Part shown: one piece after another, positions 1 through 11,400 of the stretch | How positions within the stretch are numbered: the stretch's first letter is position 1 | How the letters are laid out: every line of letters begins with the position of its first letter | Assembly: GCA_000320545.1 (NCBI GenBank) | Contig: ADNK01000673.1 | Coordinates: 1-37,891 of the forward strand | Origin: Bigelowiella natans CCMP2755 | Lineage: Eukaryota > Protista > Cercozoa | Reading direction: 5' to 3' | Length of the DNA stretch: 37,891 nucleotides | Program-made: the position numbers and the translations under genes | The notes under the pieces: model-generated | The model's database searches: none | Told to the model about the DNA's origin: nothing | Seen by the model: only the letters and a program-made list of their open reading frames with translations

Positions 1-149
1 GAGAGAGAGAGAGATCGCATACCATCCGTAGAAACGCACTTCACTTCAGGAAAGGCGATGGCTGCATGATCAGATCGATGAAAGTGTGACAAATAAACAA
101 TCTCGGGGAAAATATCCGGTCGCGGCGAGAAGAGCTCTTTTTGAACGAC

Positions 150-782
150 CCTATCAACGTTCGCGCGACATTGCATCCCAGTGTCCCTGAGCCCAATAGC
201 AAGCAGCTCGTGCGCTTCAGCATTTCCGTGTCGAGGGAGGGGAGCGATCTCCACCTGAAGAAACATGTATGAGGAGGGAGGAGGCGAAGGAGAAGAAGAA
301 GAAAAAGGCGGTGGTAGATCAAGCAGGAGGGGGAGAGGGAGGGGGACAACGGAGAAAAAAGAAGGTCAGGTCATCGGCAGATAGGATGGGGTTTGGTATG
401 AAGTAAATGACGAAGTCGCGCTGCTCGTCGCTAATTACCTCATCAATTTCAGGTTCAAATCCGCACTTGTTCTTGCCAGTGTCTTCGGGTCAAAGACCGA
501 TTTCAAGTCCACAAGACGGGCGCCGAGTCTCCCCTTAAGTTAGGACGACATGATCTTCCTTTCGGCAACATCTCTGACTCCCCCTCCCCCCTCCCCTAAC
601 CATCCCCCCCCCCGCCCTCGCATAAGGTAACGTGTGTTGTGTGGAAAATCGTTGGGGCAGTAGCCTTCTCTCTGTTATCCTAAAAGTACTTTTCCTTTCG
701 AGTGCTTGTCTTATTTGTGCTATTCCTACCTTGGCGTTTGGCTCCCACCCGGTCGTCGTGTACTCTCCGTAATTCGTCGCCC

Positions 783-819
<37 letters not shown>

Positions 820-1863
820 TGCAGCAGCACTCTTTGCGGGGCCATCTCTGAGTCTGACGCTGAGCACGGTGCTTTTGGTTGATTTGGAATCAGCGGCGAT
901 GTCAATACACCTATCTCGGATTGAGAGGACCTGAGGGTGGGATATTTCATTTGGCTACATCAGACGCAACAGCCCGCAATCAGGCAGATCGATGAGTGGG
1001 CGAGACGCGACGACGACGGCCTTCCTAAACACCAGGCACATACATACCTCGATAACGTCGAGATCAGGGAAGCAGTATCTGAGGTACATGAGGTAGTTCC
1101 GCAGCGGCCAGCCTGGATATTCTTTGAGGGTTGCCGGGTCGGCAAAGGCGAACAGGTAAATCGGCGACGACGGCCCCTTGCGCGCAGAAGGGGGCATCCT
1201 AGAAAACGCCTTCAGGTCCAGCAGCTTCACCGCTCCCTCTCTCGCCCGAGCCGATTTTTCGGAGGGCACCTCCACCACGAAGTGCGAGTCTGCTTTGCGC
1301 GCGTGCTGCTTGAAAATCTGCCCGATCACCTCAGGCGAGAAGCGGCCGCTGAGCGGCTGCATCGGCTTCTCAACCGTGAGGACTTTGGCGGGGTTTAGGG
1401 CCGGGAATGCGAACCAGTAGTAGTACCGGTGAGTCTTCAAATTGGCGTACGATATCAGGAGGAAGCGGTTCAGACGCGAGGGGTCCTCTGTGCAGGCGCC
1501 AGATTCGATGTCCTTCCACAGAGCCTTACCTTCGTCGTCGATCATCCTTTTCTTGTTGAAAGCCTTGAACTCCTCGACGGTATTGGCGTTGAAGAGCTGG
1601 CCCCAAAATGGGTACTCCCCACCCTGTAGCAGCTCTTCCGGCTTAAAGGCATTTGGGCCGAGTGAGATCCGAGCGGGCACGGACGCCGACGATTTAACGA
1701 CAGGGGGGGCAGGGCCAAAGGTCCCTACAATAGGAACGGATTCCGTGCTTAGCTTGAATTCCTCTAGCTTTTTCTGGCTCAGCGTGTGCCAGAACGACAC
1801 ATCTACACAGCTGGCCAAGGGCTGGAAGCGGGCGATGGAAGGAGGGGGTGACTCGGAAGCCAT
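150..1863 (-). CDS. ATG7: Autophagy E1-like activating enzyme ATG7, 5' part (continues beyond the left edge); inferred exons 1863-1048, 930-730, 533-439, 254-150
   Basis: ATG7 N-terminal motifs ([73 protein letters not shown]). GT-AG splicing joins GWEPNAK|[10 protein letters not shown]...ADLNLKLMR|WRSLPSLD to the ThiF nucleotide-binding motif [15 protein letters not shown]. Confidence 0.95.
786..828. repeat. (GCA)n trinucleotide repeat encoding poly-Ala in ATG7 exon 2
   Basis: cagcagcag... run lies in frame within the exon and reads [17 protein letters not shown] on the minus strand. Confidence 0.9.
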
Positions 1864-2390
1864 TGCCTCGGTTCAGAACTCTCTCTCTGTTGTTGTTGTT
1901 GTTGTTGTTGTTGCGGTTTGTTTTTGTTGTTGTAATTTTTGTAATTTTGTAATTGTTTTAATTGTTGCGATGGAGAAGTGGTTTCCTACTTGATAATTAT
2001 TCAAACGAAAAACAACGTCGATTTCCTAGGATTTCTTCAAAATGTCGTCGAAGCTTTCTCTTTTTCAACTGAAGTTAATCAAAAATAGAGATTTTCTCCT
2101 GAAATTCTGCATTTTGTTGTTGTCGCAAGATCCCAATGTGACACAACATAAACAATATTTCTGAATAGTTGTAGCTGGAAGGTCTGGATAGTGTTGAGGA
2201 TGTGACGAACTAACTTTTGTTTCCTGCTCCTCGGGAAATCTCTCGAACAAAAAAGTGTTTTTTCCGAATTTTCACATTGCACGGGGATTAATGCTAAATT
2301 TGATTTTCGCCGGCATTGACAGCAGATCTGCTGCAACAAAACACGGCTTCGTTTGTGCTGTGAAAAGTTGGCACATGGTTCGTTCACAAA

Positions 2391-3026
2391 ATGAAGTCAC
2401 CCATTCATGCGAAGCTGATGACCTTTGTTTACACATTGCAGCTGCAGCATGGTTGCTACTACGTGGGACAGTCTGACAATCCATATAAACGATTCAAAGA
2501 GCACAAACGCGGAGATGGCTCGGACTGGACATGCCTTCACAAACCCATTTGCATCATGCACATGGAAATGGTCCCGCAGTCGAAGGCATCAACCGAAGAG
2601 GACCGAATCACAGAGGAGTTGATGGGAGAGAAAGGCATTGAAAAAGTGAGAGGGGGGACTTATTCTCAGATTAATTTACCTCTTCATTGTGTGAAAACTT
2701 TAAGGGCCAAGATGGTTCACAAAGAAAACGCCTGTTTCACGTGTGGTTCGCCCAGCCATTTTGCAAAGGAATGCCCGAATTGCCAGAGATACGGGAGAAA
2801 CAGCCACACAGAAAAAGATTGCTATGCTAAAATTCATCTGTTTGGTGACAGTATTGAAACTGAGGACGAATCTGAGGAAGAATCTGAGGACGAATCTGAG
2901 GAAGAATCTGAGCGCAGAAGGCAGAGGCTAACAAACAGATTTCATCAGAGGTGGAACAGAGGTCAGAGAAGCCCAAGAACCTCATCCACAAAAAAAAAGA
3001 ATTTTAAGTCGAGATTTTATCGGTGA
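2391..3026 (+). CDS. Intronless GIY-YIG nuclease with C-terminal CCHC zinc knuckles and an acidic/basic tail
   Basis: FVYTLQLQHGCYYVGQSDNPYKRFKEH (GIY-YIG motif with conserved R and H), GSDWT, EEDRIT (candidate catalytic Glu), VRGGTYS. Knuckle CFTCGSPSHFAKEC plus a degenerate second knuckle CQRYGRNSHTEKDC. The true start may be the Met at 2418. Confidence 0.85.
   Translation: MKSPIHAKLMTFVYTLQLQHGCYYVGQSDNPYKRFKEHKRGDGSDWTCLHKPICIMHMEMVPQSKASTEEDRITEELMGEKGIEKVRGGTYSQINLPLHCVKTLRAKMVHKENACFTCGSPSHFAKECPNCQRYGRNSHTEKDCYAKIHLFGDSIETEDESEEESEDESEEESERRRQRLTNRFHQRWNRGQRSPRTSSTKKKNFKSRFYR
2862..2912 (+). repeat. 12-bp tandem repeat GAGGA(C/A)GAATCT x4 encoding EDES/EEES
   Basis: Directly visible: gaggacgaatct gaggaagaatct gaggacgaatct gaggaagaatct gag. 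Confidence 0.9.
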
Positions 3027-3900
3027 TTCCAGTGTGCATTTAATTTTGTAGCACTGTTTTTGTCCTGCAACCTGCAACGACCGCACTTGTTGCAAGGGCA
3101 TGCATGCATCGCTGTTCACCTTCAAGACTTAACACCAGGTGAACCATGCTAGCATGGCTTCTTTTTGACGGCCATCCCACAGTTTGCTGTCTTGTAGGCA
3201 TGAACTGCACCTTGATGGATCATTCTAGCATTCGTCTTCTTGTTCTTCTTCTTGTTCTTGATCGTCTTCTCATTCCATGCATGCCAGCATGGGGCACTTG
3301 CGTCATCGTCGTGCAGCACCACTAGACCAGCTAGCCAGCAACAACAATGCAAAATTGTCGAACACCACGAAGAGTTGGCACTTCTGATGATCCTTTCAGT
3401 GACACCATTCTGGCATTGATGTTGTTTCATGCATTCATTCGTTCAAGTTGCACGGAAAGTTTTCATTCACGTGTCAAATAAATCACCCGCAACCCGTAAC
3501 CATCTTCATTGTGTGTCTGTCATGCTCTGTCACTGTTCGACTACTGGACTATTCGAGCAGTCGAGTAGCAATTTTCAAGATCACAAAGTCAACAACAGCC
3601 AACTGGACAAATGCAAACTGTGGCATGCTAGCTTGCGCCCGTGGATGACATCTGCATGCCAATGTCAGATTGCAACGCAGTACTATTTTGCGATGTGTAA
3701 ATTAGGATCCATGCCATCTGTGGCAAGGCAACTTAATTACCTACTTCTATTCTCTGGTCGTCGCCTGCCGACATTGTTGTACCGCTTCTTTTCCCATCAA
3801 TGGTAGAAGATGCTCTTTTACTGCGTTGATTTTGATGATCTTCCATATCGTCAACCTAATTTTGATTGAATAAGTACACGTCTACTCAAAATATCATTTC

Positions 3901-5190
3901 TCAACTTCTTTGAGTTCCAGTTGGAGGTCCCTCCCGCCTAGACTCGACGTTTGCTCATTTTTCCTTAATGAAAAAATGTATCATATAATTTAAAGAAACT
4001 TCGAAAGTATTACCTATCATCAATCTTAAATTTAGTGCTGCAAATCCCTTCCAGTGGCTTCTCGTTTCCACCTCCAAGCCAGATGGGAATCTCAGCTGGG
4101 TCAATGTGCTCCGACATAATCTCAATATTCTTCTTAGCATTTGAACCAAGGATAGTTATTTTTTTTTTAGTACTGCTATGAATAAATGCTTTTAATAGAG
4201 ACCATGCTGTTGTAAACACGAATGGCGCGTTTACGATGTACAACTTTTCAAGAGATTCTGGATAAAGCATATTTGACAACGGTAGGACTTTACGAACCAT
4301 TGCCATGAAATCACGGCTAAGATGGCTCATGCTATAACCAGCAAGGTCGATGACCACGATGTGTCGGTACAATCGATACCCAAGTTTTTCAGAGATGATC
4401 TCTTTGATCAGTCGGACTTCTTCTTGACCGCGAATATAGCATCCACGATACTTCGAATAACTGTTTTGGGGAAACATCAACTGTGATATGAGGGAAGAAG
4501 TCTAGACAGGCGGGCATTAGATGTGTCGAAGCGGTATACCCAAATTTCACAAGTTCCTTTGGTTTCATCATTCCTGTTCGTGAATAATAGACTGGGCGGC
4601 CAATTTTAGAACATCCTGTATCAGGCAAAATCAGTGGCTATTTGACTACATGTCTATTATGCGTACATCACCTAATACTCCTGTTTGAAGAATCTCATTG
4701 TATTCTTCCCAACCGGTTGGATTCTCTTTTAGCGCTCTGTCGATTTTAAGCTCTTTACGCTTCTCTAAGAGAGCTTTGTAGGCATCTATTGTCGCCTCTT
4801 CAGGATCCTAGATGTATTAATGATGAAATCTATGCATTCTATTGAAAGTTCATTTTTATCGGTATCAAAAATTGAACACCTTATAACTCCGATATCCACG
4901 GACAGTTTGTAGGAGATATGTTTCTGAAATATTAGAATCGGCTCCAGCAAACTTTTCGCGCATTTTTTCCATCATGTGCATCTCATACAAATCTGGATCC
5001 CGAGCTTCTTCTGGCAGTTCCAGATTATTTTCACTATCTTCCTCTTCATCGCTATCAGCATAGTTCAATCCGTGAGGGCCAACCACATTTCCGTGCAGTT
5101 TATTTTGTTCTTCCGTATCATCAACCTGAGGAGGCGGTGTTGAAATACTAATATTAGCCAAAAAACAATACGAACCTGTTTCATATCCAT
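3901..5190 (-). CDS. SEC14/CRAL-TRIO lipid-binding protein, multi-exon; start uncertain (5190, 5304 or 5530)
   Basis: Exons joined by short GT-AG introns give GCSKIGRPVYYSRTG, IVVIDLAGYSMSH, YPESLEKLYIVNAPFVFTTAWSLLKAFIHSSTKKKITILG and IDPAEIPIWLGG, which are canonical CRAL-TRIO motifs. The stop is either at 4010 or after a short last exon ending at 3901. Confidence 0.9.
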
Positions 5191-5493
5191 TAAAAGAGCA
5201 GAGTTCGATTTTAGGACTGATGTAAGAGAGGCTCGAATGCCAAGATTTTTGGTACTGCCCTCCCTAATGAACAGAACTTTTTGCCTCCCTGTCTCTGTGC
5301 TCATGATCGCTTCTCGAATCACCTAGAAAATGTACTTGTGACGCTACATATGCGATGTACAGTACGTATTGGATATACCCTTGACGGAAGCGTCCACTCA
5401 TTTGCATACAAATCCGTTCGTATCGGCACGTGAGAGAAAAAGTTCCTGCGTGTGTATCATTGTTATTTGCGGAAGGAATTTTAGATTTTGTCA

Positions 5494-8400
5494 TCACCTT
5501 ATCAAAGAGACCGTTAGGAAGCCCCTCCATTCGTTATTCCTATCGGAACTGGAATGTGAAATCTTTGAGTCTCTTTCTTCTGACTTTGTTGACTGTCTAT
5601 CATCATCCGTTTTCCGGTAGGTATGAACCAATATTGGAAGCAAATGGAAGATACTGGAATGGCCTTTGGGAGAAGGCTTTAAAAATTTGAGAGATTTGAG
5701 ATAGTGCCCAAATCGCGTAGACCATTGGTGGTGTGTGATTTCAATCAAAATCCATCCAAGAAATATCATTTTCATAGGTAATACGCAGACTATGACACCC
5801 AATAGGATCCTAACAATAATATTCATTAGTCATTTCGACTTTTCCGCAAAGAGTAAATAGAAGGGTGTTGTACAAAAGGAATGAGGCGATGGAGGATGGC
5901 ACTGGATCTCGCCATAGCATCAGGGATTGTAATCGTTCAATTGATAAGGTTAGACCCTCAAGAAATCTAATATTCACATATGATGACGAGGGAGACGAAA
6001 TAACTTTTTCTGATAACATATACCTTTGTGCCTGATAAAGCAGAGCTAGATCATCATGTCCATTTGTGTCTGCGTCGATCGATTTTATCTTCATACGATT
6101 GTCGATTGGCAAATAAGTAATATCTAAGTGAGCAAAATAGCCGCTTGCAACCCATACGATACTACCAGAGTAGCCAAAGTGCTGATATCGTACGAAGATT
6201 ACAGTCAACAGATCGCGATGCAATTTGGGTGGAATATTCATAATGATCAGCATTTTTAAATGTTCTACGCACCTCCCCAAATTGTAGGCCAAGCTTGGAT
6301 TTAGGTCCAATGATGCTACTAGAATCTACAATAGAACCTGCGAATAGACAAGGGAAATAACTAAGTAATATCAGCAAATTAAAATTGAACGAGATAGTAC
6401 CTTTAATAAGTTTCACATCCCTCACATGTCCCCCAATCAGGAAGGTCGCTTTCTCCCCAAGACGAGTACCCGTGAGACGTATCGAGACAGATTTTAGATT
6501 CTGTTCTTCCAATACCACGGCTTTTTGATCTGTGTTCCCTGTAGGTAAACCTCCTTTTACGGAAGATTTCCTTTTAGTCTTGGGAGAAATAGGACCCAGC
6601 ATCATGCAGATAATCAAAAGTGCAGGGGATGCTTGCAAAAGTGATCCTGGTAAAATAATGACAGAGAGGACGAGTAGTACAGTTGCAGTCATAGAAGTGG
6701 AAAAGGATTTCCACATCAGAATATCTCTTGCCCACTGATATTCTGTCGAGTATACTGCCAAAGAATTTGAGATTCTGCACCAAAATTTAGCAATGAGCTG
6801 TTATTCACATCACAGGCACAACTATGACACGGACCTTTGAAGAGCACTTAAACTTCTCGGAATGTCTGTGACAAGGAGGTGTTCTTCCCTATTATTGTCT
6901 GATCGCTCCGAAATGGGATGGAGATTTAATTTTGGAACACTCTTTTCTTTGCCGTAAGATGGAGACTGCTTTGATTCGACTTCATGCCCCTTGTTATCGT
7001 TGGCAACTTGGCGCGGAATAACTTTTTGGTTGGGTTTTCTTTTCATTTTGTCTCTAAGGATCGAGCGTGGTGGGATGCTTGAAAAAAAATAGAGGGGGGA
7101 GAACCATTGGGAAACTTCAAGCCGTATTTCCATAGCAGAACGCTCGGTTCCAAATGTTTGTTCTGCGTGTGAGTTAGGAAATTTTATGGAGCCCTGTTTT
7201 CTATGTAGCTGATTCAAATTATCTAAGTCTGGGGTTTGAAGCTTGAACCATCCATCGTAAATCTAATTAGAAAATAAGTCATCATTAAGGAGATTGTATC
7301 AGCCTTTTAAATCTAAATATTAAAGTACTGAGTGAGGAGGAACAATTGCGAATGGTATATACGATAATCCTTTAAAGCGCCATGGGGCATTGCTTTTGAT
7401 TCCTATTCGGGAGTAATCAGATCTGTAACTTTTGTATAATCAATTGGAAAAACTATGGCAATTACCGCTTACTATAGGTTTGTTTCGTGAATATAGCACG
7501 CATGTGAATCCATGGTCAACTCCATAGGCTAAATTTAGCAATTTTAAAGATGAAGTTATCCCCGGTAATCTTCAGATGCTTAAATAGAGAACTAAATTTT
7601 AATCCTTTAAATGTCTTAAGTACCAGGAAGAAGAAATCTCTCGTTGATCAAGATCCTGATTATACTCTTGCCAGAGTTTGATTCTTCAACTTCCTTCAAC
7701 ATCATTGGTGATGAGGCAATCTCACTCCTCGAGGCGACGCTTGCTGACGAAGATCCTGGTCGTTTTATACGGGAAGGAGCTTCGTCTTCAGAGAGTGGAT
7801 TTCCCTCATGCCCAGCAAGCTTGGTTGGATTAATAATTATTTTTGGTGTGTAAAGAAGGAAGCGCGTTGAGAGCACTCTTTTTTCGAAATGGCTAGTCAT
7901 ACCAGCATTTATATTAGAATGAAAACCGAAAAGTCAAGATAACTTAAGTTCAGAGTACATTTCTATTTTGTAGAGGGTTGGTACAAGAGGACGATGAACT
8001 TGAACTTCGAAAACATGCACAGACACCTGCCACAATACTATGAGACAATAGCTGCGTGGTTCTCATTATGGTTGTGTTTACTTGACCCTTTTCAATGGAT
8101 TCATAAGACGCGGAGACAAGTAATCGTTTATTTGGTGCACACGCTTTAGCCTTAAAAACTCTCGTGGTTCAAATTCAGCCATCTGATTTGGAATGAAGAT
8201 CGATAAGGAGCTATCGGAACAGGAAAACAATTTGCAATGAAAAATAATATTGCCTACCTTATTATCCAAACTATCAGGGATTTGTATCAGGCTAGAATCT
8301 TCTTTCCTTGATCTGATGCTTTTCACTTCATCCTCGAGCTTTTTCAGATATCTGAGGCAATCAAATGACACACAACAAGTAGGTCATATATTTTTTTTTC

Positions 8401-11400
8401 TCATAAAATATTTCATCTTCTATACCTCGCAAAGAAACATTTTGCTCGTAGACTTTTGATGAAGCTTTGGAATGAATCGTAATTCGAACAGATTACACTA
8501 TATAAGTGACGCTGGGTCCTTATGTCAACTTTCCAGATGCCCCACTGAATTCGTAAGCATGGAATCATCATTCGTCATGTACATAGACTCTATTCCGAAC
8601 ATACCCAGCCAATAATCTCCTTGATTTCAGTGTAACGGATGTTTTGCTTGAGGAATGACTTCGTTCTGCTAGGAGTCACGAAGTACGAAGCCTGAGAATA
8701 TTTTTCATTTCTTACAATCTTCATATTTTTTCCAAATTTCATCGTCTTACGTAACATTGGAGAGACTCCTCTGCGAATTCTGATACTCCAGTATGCCATG
8801 TTTCCATGCTCTGGGGCAGTTTCTTTTGCGATTGATTCGAGAACATTTGGAACAAATTCAAACCCGTTGATGCATCTATTTTTGATCTTGGCACTTTAAT
8901 CATCTACCACGGATCAATAATGTACAATAAGTGAGATTAAGAAAACTTGAATTCATCTCAATCTAATCCGGCTTCAAACCTGCACATGAGAGAAATGTTG
9001 TGGGGGTACTTGGAACTTCCCAGCTTCTTCATCCTTTTCTATTTTTACATCTTTAATCTTGCATGAGATCTTCGCTAATAGAGAAACCTCTGATTTTGAA
9101 ATAAAATCGCTCATTCAATTTTCACATCCCCTGAGTAACACAGTTACCCTTCGAAAGACAGAATGCTGCGGGACGAATTACATGAGCCTAAATTATACAC
9201 ATGCCAACACTCACACACGCGCCCACACACAGATTGTATAATATCCGATAATCTTATTTAACAACTTTACCATTAGTCCGAGTGTAGACACTTCCATTGG
9301 AATCGGTATATTTCCCTCGCTATCCAAGCAAAGATCTAGAGTTTCTCTCAACTGCTTACTTAGCCATTCAGATCTATTTTTCGCCTCATATGATCCATTT
9401 CTTCTAAGAGTACGAGTATTTGCCATTGCATTGTTCTGAGCCGACTTCATTTCTTGATTTTTGGACCCGGATTTCCCTCCCTCGCTGGTAGGGTTACGAA
9501 CGTTCTCAATATTTTGAAACGCAATTCCGAGAATGCATTCCGCAATAAAAATAGCCGTTCGACGACTTGACAAAACTATCTCTGATTGTGGCTCCTAATG
9601 GGTACAGAGAAACTTATCATAAATATTGAAAGTAACTGAGACAGAGGTATTACAAAAGAATAGCCGAAATATCATCAGTGGAAATTCGATGAAATTTTTA
9701 CCTGATTGTTATTCAGCATTTTCTCTCGAGACTCATTTAGACCTTTCGCCTATTTGTTAGATGGAATACTGAGTCTTGTAATGACATATATTTGATACCA
9801 ACCTCATTTGAAGGGGACTTTCCGCCGTTTTTGGGGGACATTTTACGTATCACCAACGTAATATGTGTTTGAAGCATGCTATGGCAGCGGACCTCCACGC
9901 CAATCACATCCTCAAGAGAAATCTAAACCAGATATCAATCAATTACAATGATGAATATTGATCAATTACATATTTATCGCTGACCGAATTCAGAATTATT
10001 GCGTTGTTATTCTGATCGAATACGGTTGTTCTTTCTGAGACTCGCTAATAAAGTTCAAACAGTAAGAATCCATGACTCTATGATGGTATTTGTGCAACCA
10101 TAATTCGCAAACGTTTGTTCGTGACTGAAATCCACTTTCCTAAGTGTTAGATTGGAATGCCATTGATGGTATTGGTCCCATTGTTCTGAAAGTGTGAGTA
10201 TACCTATTGTTGTTGACGCTCCTGAGGATCCTGGATTATCTCTTGCGATCAGTTTAAGCTTCTCCTTCGAAGATCGAACACCATTCCATATCTTCATAGC
10301 CTTCTGAGAGTAGATCAAAAACTTGTCGTCGGATGTGTTTCAATGAGGCATCAGTCTTCACCTTAAGCTCTTCCCATCCTCGGCTACTTTGATGATATAT
10401 ACCTGGCACGTATTAGAATTTTCCTCGTGCATTACTTGGGAACAATGTTGCTCGTACCGCTTGGGACGGATTCCGCGTCCAGATTCTCGATGTACCGCTC
10501 TTTTATTTGGAGATTATTGTGAAAGCTTAAGATCGAATGCTTTACTGTCTCCATTAACAACCCTATTGTAGTTGCAGAACTTGCATTGACATAAAGATAT
10601 CTTGGATAATGCCTGTGCAATATAAAACAAAATAAATTAAAAAAAACTAAAGGCAAATTTGGAAAAATTACAAGCGCAGTTGCTGAAGCTCCAGTGATCC
10701 AGAGATGTACTCAACATTACTAACAAGCTCTGCTGAACAATAAATTCCTTCCTTCTTCGCTAATAGCTTCTCCCATACTTCTCCACAGTCGATGAGCGCA
10801 TATCCTCCCTTCAGTCTGTGATAAAAGCGCTATCAGTCTATAGAAACAAAACAAATTTGACAATACCGGAAATCAGATTTGACAATCTTGTTCTCCTCCA
10901 GATTGGTTCTGTATTACAGGGAATTTCTTCTTAATAAATTAATTCCACTTCGTTGAAGACATGAATACTTTTTATCTAATGGAATCTTAAGCTGGCGTCT
11001 GTCTTGAAATTCTATTAAATACTTGAGATAGCTTAACCATTCCTAAAAAATATTATGTAAGCTCTTATAAAGCCATGCACTGTAGCAAATCAGAGAACAT
11101 TGTATTCCCTCCTCGACTTGCAGCGAACTTCATATCTTTGAATTTAAGAATAATTCGTTCACTTCAGATCAAATGAAATCAAATGATACGGATACCTTTT
11201 CTCGGGAGGAATATGAATTGTGAATTCAACAGGGCAATCAGCATTCTGCTCAATGATGGCTTCTCTGAGAGGTATTGTGTCGGCTATTCTGGAATGGCTA
11301 TCAGAATAGACTCGAAGCTCAAACTTCGTTGGATCTTTTAACCCTTTTTGCTTGACGATCGGGCCTACAATATTAATAAGAGATTGCGTCTACCTTTTCC

